Part shown: piece after piece, positions 24,031-36,608 of the stretch
How positions within the stretch are numbered: the first letter of the stretch is position 1
Layout of the letters: each line of letters opens with the position of its first letter
Assembly (NCBI RefSeq): GCF_964355755.1
Contig: NC_092678.1
Coordinates: forward strand, 6,898,422 to 6,962,421
Length of the DNA stretch: 64,000 nucleotides
Source of the DNA: Antedon mediterranea
Lineage: Eukaryota; Animalia; Echinodermata
Direction: 5' to 3'
Program-made: the position numbers and the translations under genes
The notes under the pieces: model-generated
Told to the model about the DNA's origin: nothing
The model's input: only the letters and a program-made list of their open reading frames with translations
Databases searched by the model: none

Positions 24031-27000
24031 AAATAGGCCTACAATGTGTATGCCTATATAATAATCGATTACGTATGGTTTATTTCTAAGGGTAATAAAA
24101 GAGAATAGGTAGTATGGCATGTAATCAATAATCAATCAATCAATCAATATTTATTGTAATCAATAATAATATTATACAAATAGTCGATCTGCATACACTG
24201 AATACGGTACCAGTAGGCTTGAACATTATAGGAATTTAGGACTACTAGTATGTTTTTTTACTGAAAAAAAAACCAATTATTGTTAATTATCTATTAATTT
24301 GAATAATTTAATAATACTGTAACTAATTATTATATTATGCTTGTAACACTCCGAACTTTCGTGCATTCATCGTAATTTTATATGCCATGATTGTAACGCC
24401 TAACAATATTGATAATATTAATTATAAGCCAATAAGTTATTATTGGTGAGGTTATATATAAAGGAAAAAATATCCGTGGGGAGGCCTACTTTACCCCCTT
24501 TTATACATTATACTACCCTTACAAAAAATGTTCTATCTATAGAAGTTTTAGAATTCTATGTTAATCTATACAGATAATTTCTATAGAAATGAATTTACAG
24601 ATTCTACCCCTAGAGTTTTATAGAAATTGCTTTATAGAAAATATTGAAATTGCAGAAGAATTGCTATCATTTATTCATAAATCATATATTGTTTGCCAAC
24701 AACAATACTGTATACTGTAAAATTTGCATTATGACTTCAGACTTGACTGGGGTTTACCAAGATGGGTAAGAGTTTTTATGGGTACGGGTTGGTTTGGGTA
24801 CGAGATGACCAGCATCCATTCATGAATGCGTCTACAGGCGCGCGTAAGCCTCCTCCTGATCCTAGCTCAGTGTTTACAGTCATGTCATGCCAAAACTCAC
24901 TCCAAATAAATGTATTAACAATTAAAAAGATCCAAAAACAGTATGAAAACATCATATTAATTTTTAACTTTGTATAATAAAGACAAAAAAGAAGTTTTTG
25001 TTTTGTTTTTTGTGGCTTATTTTTACAATTTATTGCCGAAAACACCATTTTCATTGGGCTTTGCCATAGCGTTCCTCATGTTTCAGATCCGTCTATCCCT
25101 ACTCGTCGTGAGAGGCGCCCTATCTCGAGCGGTTCTCTAATTTTTGAGCGAAGTGTAACATCTTCCTACTACACTATCTTTGATATGGTTGAATGATTCT
25201 AGAGAGCATGATACGTCATGTTTCTAGCTACTCGTCGGGTCATTAGACAAGTCCGGCAAATAGGTTTTTGTTATTGTTTCTTTAGCTTATCTGGATATTT
25301 AAGTGCTTTTTCAAAATACCAGACTAAACATTTTTGGCAAATGTAAGCCTAATACAGGTCAAATAAGCAATTGAAGTGACGGTACCTATCTCTTGTATGT
25401 TAACAACAGTGAAAACTCATTAGGTAAATTTTGTGATGCACCTGTGACGTCACAGCAATTTACGGCGACGGAGCTGTACGGCGAGCGCCTGCGGCGATAT
25501 CCTAATCTCGCGATGGTTCTGAAGTAATTTTTACATCCCATACGTTGTTAAAATATAGTCCTCGATCAAATTGTCATTTAAAGTAGTCTCTCCATCAGTG
25601 ACCACACGCGATCTCAAAACTGTCTGTTCTGTACACGTCACCCACCCATTCCCATAAAACCAACTCATTCCAACACAATATAAGATACTCCGAACCCACA
25701 CTGTGGAATAATCTTCCTTCCATTTTATTTAGACTCTGCCTTTTCATACAGGTTATTTATTTATTGTTTTATTCTTTATTTAAGGCTCGCCCAACACAAA
25801 CTTTGACCTCATATCATTTTGTTATTGCCTTATTCGTTATTATATTTTGTCAGAGTCTGCAAATAAATTTTATGAAACTTGATTTACGGACAAACTCTCC
25901 CTTATTATAAATGTCTTCTGAATGGGGGTTGACCGTAGTGTAAATATTATTTCCAGTCGTTCCTTTACAGTTGAAATGTTAATAGGTGTCCACTTAAAGG
26001 ACATGGGGTGCCCAAAGAGGGATTCTTCAGCATTCCCTGGTAAATCATAATGGAAAAAATAAATATGGCTGCTGAATGGTGACCTTGTAAGAATATCTAC
26101 ATGTTACGACGGGATTTTAACTACTTGGCGCGTAGCTTTTCATGTACCATCATTGATGTAAATTACGCGCTTTAGTATTCACAGGAGGAGATAGCGCCAA
26201 TTAGTTACAGCTGATAGCGCGGCAACCCAAAGCAGACTATAAATTCACAACAATGTACGTGTGTTATTAGCTAAAACAATGATATATAAATAGTCTATAC
26301 TGTACTAACAAGAAATTAAAATGTTTCCCAATAGAGAAAATTAAATAGATTGTTATCGAGCGCAGCTGCCTGCGCTTGACTAATTTTCTCTACTGGGAAA
26401 ATTCCTATTAATATTTATTTTGATGAAACAAAATACTATTGTAATGTTTTAAAGCAATCATAAATCAACTACCAGTATCATGATGTGATATACATTTTCT
26501 AATAGAACGCTTTTCTCGAAGTTCTAAAATTAATTCTAAATGTGCATATTTTCAATGGTCACGTCATCTTATTTTTTTGTACGCGCGCGTTTTGTTCAAG
26601 CAAATAATACAATTGAATTTTAAATTGAACTATTATTGTCAGTTGAACACAGTTGAGAATAACGACGCTAAATTCGCATGACGTCATTACCAGAATAATT
26701 ACATAATAAATTTACTTTTTTTGTCTTTTTATGAGTCTAACGCTATTGCTTTTTATTTTAGATTGAAAAAAAAAACTAAATAAAATATGTATATGCTATC
26801 ATACTGTACATATTGATAGTCTCTTTTATAATACTAATTGATGTTGATTTATGTAACTTAATTATTATTTTACCACTTTTCCGTTTCATACATGTTACTA
26901 ACATTAACGATTTTCCCAAGCTCAGAGGCGGATCTAAACCAGAACAGGAGGTACAGGTTTGGTGGGACGATTTGACCCAGTCTTTAGTTCAAACCAAATG

Positions 27001-27032
27001 ATTGTTATCGGTCTGCTATAGCCTAGCAACAT

Positions 27033-27667
27033 GTGGATACTTCATAATAAATACTTACTGAATACAACCATTAGGCCTAAATAAAGCAATTCATTGCACG
27101 CGCAATTGTTTCACGGAGAAATTACCATCTGGCGCTCTAAGTTCCAGACATGTTGCCTTAAAATGTGCGAACAACAACATTTGTACACCGTTAACTGTAA
27201 AAACAAATGTGTAAATCATTTTTTCAACAAAAATATTAAAAATAACCTAATTCTAAATAGTCACGGGTTTTTCTAACAATGTTTTCAAGATATAGGAACT
27301 TACATATTTAATTAGTACACGCTGAAATAATTTGTTTAAAAAAAAGACACAATGGTGTCCGGCATTATTATTTTTCCTACGAGGTTAAGGCAGAAATCAT
27401 GAATAATGCATTACCTTAATTATTTTCTAATAATATTATATATTAGGCTAAGATAGCTGATCTACTTCCTAAATATACTAAACCTAACCCTCTAAATAAT
27501 CTCTCTCAACTATTAAAAGAACATTTTCTTGATAGACCTCGAACCGAGGCTCCAGTGTTATAGGTTAAATCCTTAAGACCAAGACCAAACATTTCGGTTG
27601 GCAAAGGCTCTCTCCATCTTATAAAGCGCCCTCTATATTGTCCCATATTACGTCATAATTAAGGTAA
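27033..27667 (+). repeat. Segmental duplication block paralogous to 38292-38310 + 39854-40467
   Basis: Near-identical for >600 bp. A third, more diverged partial copy lies at ~41545-41892. Confidence 0.9.
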
Positions 27668-27795
27668 TTGATTGATTGATTGAATTTATTTGATGCTCAA
27701 CATTAAAATAATAAACAGAAAAAAAAAAAAAAACCAGCCCATTTCCAATGGGGTCCAAATTGCACATAACAAACAAGAGAAAATACAACATTTAT

Positions 27796-27870
<75 letters not shown>

Positions 27871-27876
<6 letters not shown>

Positions 27877-28132
27877 ATCAAGATCAAATAAGTTAAAACT
27901 GCCTCAATATAGATTTATTTTAACGACATGTTTCGGGCATAGCCCATCATCAGGTGATATAGGAACTTACATATTTAATTAGTACACGCTGAAATAATTT
28001 GTTTAAAAAAAAGACACAATGGTGTCCGGCATTATTATTGATAATGGGCCTGATGATGGGCTATGCCCGAAACATGTCGTTAAAATAAATCTATATTGAG
28101 GCAGTTTTAACTTATTTGATCTTGATTTTTTT
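27871..28132. mobile_element. Penelope-like inverted-repeat insertion with hammerhead motifs in a (TA)n tract
   Basis: 84-bp perfect inverted arms (27871-27954, 28049-28132), each containing CTGATGA-T-GGGC-TAT-GCCC-GAAAC-ATGTC. Confidence 0.7.
28050..28078 (+). ncRNA. Minimal type I hammerhead ribozyme motif (mirror copy on - strand at 27925-27953)
   Basis: Core CUGAUGA and GAAA, stem II GGGC/GCCC, palindromic stem III ACAUGU, GUC cleavage triplet. Stem I is weak. Confidence 0.65.
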
Positions 28133-28158
28133 ATATATCCTGCCTATGCAGCTCTTTG

Positions 28159-28257
<99 letters not shown>

Positions 28258-28356
28258 TAAAATAAAGCCCAGTAAAACAGAAAAATTAAAAGAGAAAGCA
28301 AACAAGTAATGAGAAAAATTGCACAAGACCATTATAGTTATCAAAATTATTCTAAA

Positions 28357-29572
28357 CTAGATGGTACGCTCGCTTCGCTCGCGTTCCATCTAGGTCGTGC
28401 CCACAGATGGTTCTCGAATACACAGTAATTTCAGCGTTAAAAAACTGGCGATTTCAGTACAATAATGCAGGACAATAATATATGTCGTTTACAGGAACGA
28501 TTAAATAGACACTGTGATTTATGTACTCAACTAAAATTAGCACACTGGGAATTACTTCCGAAAGAGAAAGTTGTCACAAATTGAGACCAATTGTTTAAGT
28601 CAAATTTAAACAAACTTAATTTGTGTTTTGTATGTAAAATTATGGTTGAGAGATGGGGAAGAGGATGGGTGCAAAGAGGAACAATTTTTAAATATATTCT
28701 TTATTTTGTAACGAAATATTAATTAACATGTTTTACAAATAATATACCACTAAACACAGTAAAACATTGCGATGTAATACTTGAAACTATCACCGTCGTA
28801 GTCGATTGAAATAGTACAGTACATGTAACGATACACTACGACGTATGTTTATATATAATGTTAAACAATTTGTGAAAACCACCTCTATTCGGGGCAAATC
28901 ATAAATTCGATTTAATCGGTAATAAATATTAAATTACGGCGACTGAAAACGCTAGCTCATTATCTGTTTAAAAAAAATTATATCCAACCTCTGCAGCACA
29001 GATTGAAAAAAAAAATGGATCGAATTTCTGTTATGAGTATACACATGGTATACAGTACTTTCCTTTACGACGCCTGAGGGAATAGACACTTGTGGAACGA
29101 CAAAGAGATTGGAATGTTCCATTCATCGCAAATCAATACATTTGTATAAACGTATATTAAATCTATCAAAATAGTATTTTTGTAAGAAAATCGGCCTGTC
29201 TTCAACATTATGATACTGTACTCGAGCTGTTCAACCGGTTTTCAGCTATGAAAAACAATTATCGTAGGAGGAGATAGGAAAATGCGAAGCCTCCTCGCAT
29301 TTTTGTGGCGGGTATTTTTCAAGATGAACATCCATTAGACAGTGTATACCACGATCGGAAAACACCCCTATCTGGGGCAAATCGTTGAACCTAAATTCGT
29401 TTTAATCGTCAATAACTAATTATCTAACTTAATTTAATTAGTAAACAGGGTTACATCAGGTGGTTAAAATCAGTACCGAAAGTACGAACCAACTTTACAT
29501 ACCATCGAGTAAAAATTCTAAAAGTAAGGCGCGATTTACCGAATTTTGCCCTTACGTAAATTTATATATAGA
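28357..29572 (-). mobile_element. Non-autonomous Helitron
   Basis: Minus strand 5' TCTATATATAAA and 3' ...GCGAGCGAAGCGAGCGTACCATCTAG, inserted between A and T with no TSD. Removing it restores the LINE ORF end FERNILYLE*. Confidence 0.85.
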
Positions 29573-32500
29573 TATAAAATATTGCGTTCAAAATGTTTTT
29601 TAATATGAGATTTGAAGGTAGTTATGTTGGAAATTAATTTTAAGTTTGATGGAAGAGCGTTCCAGTCTTTGATAGCAGAGAAGAAAAAAGTAGAATGAGA
29701 CTGTTTATTTCCTTTAAGTAGAGGTAAAACCAGATTAACATTACGTTGGCGTGTGTTATGTGTGTGGATTGTGGATGTCCGTAAGAAATGTTCAGATAGA
29801 TATGGAGCTGCATTGTTATTGACAATTTTATGAACATTACAAAGCCTAAACAATTTTACTCTACTTTCCACCTTAAGCATGCCAATGCCTGATAACTCCT
29901 TCTGACCAATATTAGATCGTGGTCCGAAACCGTAAATAAAACGCACAAATTTGTTCTGAGTGGTCTGTAGTTTTTGCTTCAAAACTTTGTCAATACCTTC
30001 ATACCAAGTCGAAGCACAATAATCAAACAAGCATTGAATTAAGGCAGAGCATAACAGTTTTTTCGTATTTTTGTCCAAGCAACTAGCCTGACGACATACC
30101 TTAATCTACTATTCGCCTTTTTTATTACACGTTTGGCGATGTTGTTACAAGAGGCAGAACCATCATGTTCTATACCTAAATATTTTACTGATTTTGAACC
30201 CGTTAAAGTAAGGCCATGAGAAATAATATTGAAAGATCGTAAACGTTGAAGCCTTTTTTGGGTACAAAAGATGATAGATTCAGTTTTACTGATATTGATA
30301 GATAGTTTGTTATCGACAAGCCATACTCTACATGAATCAAGAGCTTTACTAAGTTTATCAGCGACGACAGTCGGATCTTTGTGCCAAAAAACAATTGCAC
30401 TGTCATCAGCATATAACAGCAATTTGCATTCAGGGTCGATACTTACAACCATATCGTTTATGAAACATAAAAAAAGCTACAATATGCTACCCTGTGGAAC
30501 TCCACATGAAATATCCATGGGAACGGATAAGGAGTCTTCGATTTTAACAATTTGGCTTCTGTTTGACAAATATGAACGAAACCAATCTAATGAGGTGATG
30601 CCCATTAACAAAAGCTTTTCACACAATATGTCATGATCGACAGTGTCGAATGCCTTACATAAATCTATAAGTACCATACCAGTATGTGTACCTTCGGAGC
30701 TATTTAATTTAATTGTGTCTAATAGATTAATTAAAGTACTTTCGGTAGAATGAAATTGCCGAAAACCTGACTGATATTGATAAATAAGATCATTTTCCAC
30801 AAGGTACTGTTCTTCTAACTGAACATGAACCGACCTTTCGAGAATTTTTGAGACAACACTTAAAACTCTGATGGGTCTATAGTTTTCTGGATTTTTACGA
30901 AATTTTTTTGGTATACAGTGGGATGACTTTGGCTATTTTAAAATCACTCGGAACAACTCCTGTATTAATTGACAAATTGATAAAATACGTTAAAGGGGAA
31001 GCCAGTACACCGGCGCCATCTTTAAGGAATTTAGCTGGTAGCCCATCGAGACCTGTACTTTTCGTAGGGTCAAGACTTTCAAGTTGTTTAAGAATGAATT
31101 CTTCTGACACAGGTTTAAGGCTAAAGAGAGTTGTAACTTTTGAAGAATAAAAGTCTTTTACAATTTTGGAACCATAGATAAACATGTTACTCATGGGTGG
31201 AAGTTTATCAACAAGATATCTTGCTACATTGGTAAAATGATTATTAAAATGTGTAGCAACCTCCTGTGGATTGTGAATTTTTGATTCATTTATTTCCAAA
31301 ACAACTTTAGCTTGTTCAGACGTCTTTTCACTATATCCTAATTTCTTAAGATGTTGCCATAATTTCTTAGGATTATTTTTATTTTCAATTATTTTATTTC
31401 GAAAATACGTTGATTTAGCTTTTTTAACATTGCGCTTGACCTTGTTTCTTAATTTACAATACATATCATAATCTTCTTTGATTTTACTCTTTTTAAATTT
31501 ATTAAAATATTGATCACGAGTTCGTATATCATTTAGAATATCTGTGTTAAACCATGGATCTGATCTTTGTTTCACCCTTATCTTTCTAAGGAGTGCCACA
31601 CAATTAATGACGGAGCTAAGAGCTTCCTTAAATGACGACCATGCGTCGTTAACATTAACTTTGGATGTAACTTTTGTCCAATCTATTTCGGACAGTTTTG
31701 ACAGGAATTCCTCTTTGTTGTACTGTTTAAATGATTTTGAGTAAATGGTTTTATGCGATGAGTATTTTGCTTTACAAAATTTGCGTGTGCAAAATATCAG
31801 CATATGATCACTTAGGCCTGTGTTTATAACACCGGAATTAGAAATTTTGTCTTGAGAATTACATAGGATATGGTCTAAACATGAGGATGAATTCCTGTCA
31901 AAACGAGTGTTATCACTTATCAAGTTAGAGAATCCTAGTAATTCGAGAACGTTTTTATAATTCGTAGATTGAGTACAATCTCTGTGAGTATTTATGTTAA
32001 AATCACCATTTATGATGGTTTCAAGGTTGTTAATTTTATTTACAGTGTCTTCGAAAAAGTTTAGAAAATTGTTGACATTCTGTTCAGGAGGACGGTAATG
32101 TTCCAACAACGATTGGTTTTGTATCCGGGAGGTTGAGTTCAATCCATACTGATTCAACATTTTTGTCCATTAAATCTTCTCTCTTGGTAAACGCTTTGTC
32201 CGTACGCACATATATACATACATACTCCACCTCCTCTACGAGAAGATCTATCATTGCGAACTAAGGTATATCCATCTATGTTTACTTCATTATCAGGAAC
32301 AGTCTCATCTAGCCAAGACTCGGTGATGGATATAACTGCTGCTTTTGATTTTAATGCGAATTCCCTTATTTCAGATATTTTGGGAATCAGCAATCGTACA
32401 TTAAGTTGAAGAAAATGCATTCCTTGTTTATTAATTGTGTTTGCGATGTCGTCCATGTCATCATCTAAGGGATCAATCTGATTAGCGTCAGATTCATCTT

Positions 32501-33363
32501 GGTTCTGATTTTTATGAAAGTCTGCATCATACCATGGGAGCGAGTTCCAGGAGCATATATCGCAAATATAAGAGGATGACTTACCGGCGCACTTTGTATG
32601 TATTCTTTTAATGTCGCATGCATTGCATCTGATGATTTTACTTCGCTTGTTAAATCCTCTACTGCATACGTCACAATATGACTTTTATTGTGGTCCAGAA
32701 TTTAAGGAGACATCCCCAGCAATAATGATCAAGTAACTTAACGTTAAGTGGTGATGTTTTCTTAATATACGTTTTACAGGATATCTCGAAGAGCTTGCAC
32801 CGTACATTTGCCAGAGTGGTGATCTCAAATCCTAGTTATCCTGCTTAATGTGGACAGGTGCTGACCAGTTGCTTGCGATGTCAGGTCCGACTTCAGTGAA
32901 GTCTAAAGTCGGTTGACTTAGGGTGAAATTAAATGGATGAATAATGTTCTAAATTGTACTTTATACTGCATGATGATGAGCAAAAGTAGAAAATACGTTT
33001 TTTTATGTTAAAAATGTAAGTATTCAAAGACCAGCGTTTCATCGGTTGTCACGATACAAAATACAAAATTACAGTACGACCAACAGTAACTGTAAATATT
33101 ATTGTTTTGATAATCCGCACTAGTTTGTTTTTAAAAAAAATATCCAAACAGCCAATGATTTAGATGAGGAGAGAGAACCTAGGCCTAGTCAAAAGACTAA
33201 ACGTAACGTACCGTATGGTGGTAAGCACAATGCTTGGCGTCCCTGGTTACCGGCGTTAGCAACAAACGTATTAAAAGGCGCGAAAGGCCTAGCTGATCAA
33301 AGTGAAGAAAACGATATAATCCTAACTCACAGCTTGTAAATTAAAACAGTTTTCTTCAATCAA

Positions 33364-33582
33364 ACTACATAATGGTCTATGTTTCACAAGATATCATACT
33401 GTAAAAAAAATATTTTTGAGATTGTAATTTGTAAACCTATTGTAAATAGCAAAAGTGGCTTCCATACTAAGAATGTAAATCCAATACAACAAAAAACAAG
33501 TGTACAAAAAGCTTAGAAACCATTGTCTAATTTAGCATTGAAACAAAATCCTGGTTTGTTCTCTGAATCAGCGTAACGTGCT
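33364..33582 (+). repeat. Duplicated block, near-identical to 40992-41212
   Basis: AACTACATAA(T/A)GGTCTATG...CAGCGTAACGTGCT in both places. Confidence 0.9.
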
Positions 33583-34170
33583 AAAAGTTCTTTGTACAGT
33601 TATGTGGTATTACATATTGTTTCAAAAGTGTTTGATACCATTGCAAAGCTTATTTCTATCTCATTATTTTAGTGTATAGTACGTGTCTATCTGAAACACC
33701 AAGCAAGAGCTTTGAAAAACAGGTAAATTTAGCTAAAAAGGCTGGCAGTGAAGGGTACTTCTTTTATTGAATGCCTGGCGGTGAAAGTGTTAATAAAGCC
33801 AATAGGTCAAAGGTCATTCAACCATATTATTTCAACGTAGTAAACCCAACCAAAATACTTTTTTTCTTTCTGGTTTCACGTTTATTTTTATACTTCATGG
33901 ACCATGGAGTCCTAATTTATTCTCTCTTCGCAAAGAGAAATAGTAGAGATTATACCAATTATACAAATCAATGCTTAAGTGAAGTTAAATTGGTTGGACG
34001 AATATTTTCATACAGCTTAAATGGAACTTTTTAAATAATTACAATTTTATTCTGTATGTAAATTCATTTAGTAGTTACAACTTTGCGCTAAAATTTAGGC
34101 ATAAACAATGTAAGCACTCGTGAAATACACGCCAATATGCCGCTTTTCAATTTTAAGAAAAATATTTTCG

Positions 34171-36608
34171 TCAAAGCATGCACTTATTCGTAACCATTCT
34201 AAGGTATCGTTCATCGCTCATCTTTACAAGTTTCTTATATTCACTCGGCATATCATGGGAATTTTTAAATTCAGCTTCAGTTTTTCCTTCATAATGATAT
34301 GTAATGTTTCTTCCATCAGGTGCCATGCTAAAAGGATAAAATCCATACAGTGATATCATATCGCAAAACTGCAAGGCTGCAGTGTACAAAAACAGGCCGG
34401 ATGAAGGCCTATCTGTCATGTTCCAGAATCTGAAACAAAAACATTTTTAGTAATTAGTTCATGGAAGCTTGGTTCACACGAGGGCCCAATGTAAGGAGGT
34501 AATCTCAACTTTTTGACCCAAAGTTTTGTAATAAAATAACCATGTGTATCTTAAAGATTGGTTCACACGATTACGCAATGCAAGGACGTAAACGAAACGT
34601 TTCTACGCAAAATGTCATAAGAAAATAACTTTCCGTGTCTAAAAGCTTGGTTCACATGAGGACGCAATGTTATGTCATAGAAACAGGCTTTACAAAGGTA
34701 ATCAAAAGAGAACTTCTCTTTTAAAAAGTATTTACAGAGAGTTGTATAAAAGTTAAGAGCTTTCAAGTAGGTACAAGAAGAATAATAGTAGGCCTAACTT
34801 TATTGATTGGTCAATAGGTTTATTAACAATATTTAAGACTATCTCTTCTGATTTCCAGGCACTATGAAAATCGTTATTGATCCAAACACCTACCATCATA
34901 ACAATAATAACCATCTTACATCTTTAAATGTTGATAAAACTGCTTATGCGGATAAGCAATTGAAACATTCAAGTTGTTTCTGCTAAAAAAATGAAGAAAC
35001 TCAAAGTAGCTTGCAGTTCGTGGAGTATAATCTTTAGAAAACCAAAGAACAGCACCTTTAAACTCTCTTAATCTTTCTAAACCACACTTTGACTTCCATA
35101 GCTCATAATTTTTGTCTTTTTTCCCTGGATGTACCAATGTAGAAATCTTGTAGATTCACCATTTACGGTCATTATGTTCGTTTTGTTTCCAACATCATTT
35201 ACAAACCCTTTTATAGGAGCCATGTTTGATCTCATTACAAAGTCATGAGCGTCAATTTCAGAGCCACATCCACTGTTCAAAAGAATTCCACCATTGCCGA
35301 CTACTGCGCATGTGCGATGGCGAGTAATAATTTGTTTTGTTTTTCCAACATACTTGCCATAATGAGTAACTTTTCTGAATTGTCTCAGATTCTTAAATGT
35401 ACCATGTATATGAGAAGGAGTTAACAAACTTAATTTGAGTTTATTCGCTTTCGCTCTGTGAATGAAATTAAAATGATTACAACACACTGATTGTATTAGC
35501 AAATTGATGGGTTAATTACGTATCACGTGTCGTGGTCACTTTTTTTTCAACTCATGAAGTATTCTCACCATCCCACTCTTATAAACATTCATAATTTATA
35601 CTATCCAACAGCGTCATCTATTATACATGCGTAGAGAGAATATGGAAACATGAATACGTATGCGTATAAGCTGAATCTTTCAATTCGATCTTTGTCTCTT
35701 CTATCGTTCCAAATACAATAAATAATTATTTTTATTAATTTTATCAATTACATATTTTTGTATTTCGATCATACTAGAAAGGTAGGCCAATTGCTAAAAT
35801 GTATAGGATGTAAATTTTACAACAATAAAATGAAAACCAGTGCACTGCAATCATGACATTCGAATGATAAATCGAATGACATAATATGACCGACAATTTC
35901 TTTAAAAAAAGTAAATATTTAAAAGAGCAATGGGGCTCAAACTTACCTTAAGTTGAAAATCTTAACTAAATCAATGGTTTTATTAAGTTCAGTTTCAACT
36001 AATTCTTTCGTGGATCTCTTCGGTGTTTCAGCAGTTTGCAGAAATCTGTGAATAACATGAATTAGCGGTATTAAATAGAGACTGTCAAATAGGCCACGAT
36101 GTCCAAAAGGGGTATTGCTAAACACCGCAAACCCCGCAAACACCCGCAACCCCCCCCCCCCCCGCAAACTCCATCGAACCAACATAAAAGTGATTGAATC
36201 ATGAGTTTTTAACAGTAGAAAGTAAGTGCTTAGGGAAAGAAAACCCTTTAAAACCAGATTTAAGGCGTATATTTTCAGAATGAATAAGATAAGGGCACAC
36301 AATGTATAGCAAAGACCTTTTGGGACATGGAATATGTGATTAAATCATAAATAAATCATAAAAAATATATATGGAAGAATTAGATTGGTAAAGTAGAGTT
36401 TATAATATTTAGGTACAGTATATGTAATTATACGTTGTTCCATTTTAAGCCAGTGACTAAGATATGTTTCTACTAACCTTTGATAATACTGTCTGCTTAT
36501 GTGTATGTTGTAATTATATTTTGACGACCATAATAGAGTGAATGCAGTTACCAGTACAGAGAAGCTTATTAGAAACGTAAATAGGGTAATCGTCTTTTGT
36601 GTAACCAT
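34171..36608 (-). pseudogene. ST8Sia-like alpha-2,8-sialyltransferase (GT29), copy A; 1-nt frameshift in exon 3 (pseudogene or sequence error)
   Basis: Exons 36478-36608, 35947-36045, 34920-35455 and 34171-34429, all GT-AG, phase 2. TM anchor; sialylmotif [32 protein letters not shown]; S PSSG...[12 protein letters not shown]; VS HDMPSEY. Exon 3 is 536 nt, not a multiple of 3. Confidence 0.85.
36110..36205 (+). mobile_element. Truncated end of the MULE/foldback element seen at 49360
   Basis: GGGTATTGCTAAACACCGCAAACCCCGC...AACCAACATAAAAGTGATTGAATCATG. Confidence 0.7.

Larger units (their letters stand above)
20169..25182. mobile_element. Non-autonomous P-element-like DNA transposon (middle shell)
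   Basis: TIR CAAAGATAGTGTAG(AAG)TAGGAAGATGTTACACTT at both ends; 7-bp TSD ATATGGT (20162-68, 25183-89). Confidence 0.7.
19536..25577. mobile_element. Non-autonomous Kolobok-like DNA transposon with ~240-bp TIRs (outer shell of a nest)
   Basis: 19536-19775 is an imperfect inverted repeat of 25345-25577. TTAA lies at 19532-35 and 25578-81, and the left terminus is AGG. Confidence 0.75.
27668..32990 (-). mobile_element. Degenerate second LINE (same group): 2A-like + PHD + APE + RT, frameshifted, interrupted by a Helitron and a hammerhead insertion
   Basis: ORF pieces 32154-32456, 30895-32160, 30477-30800, 30039-30452 and 29536-30078 carry QLNVR, ITESW, YRPP, GDFN, SDH, KAFD, GVPQG, YADD and KYLG. 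The 3' UTR has GGACCCCATTGGAAAT (~27740-27756) and an (ATCA)n tail at 27668-27683. Confidence 0.9.

Noticed and set aside
26324-26400. 20-bp inverted repeat
   Set aside because: Isolated hairpin without TSD or homolog in the window.
28144-28344. ORF with (YI)n
   Set aside because: Translation of a (TA)n microsatellite.
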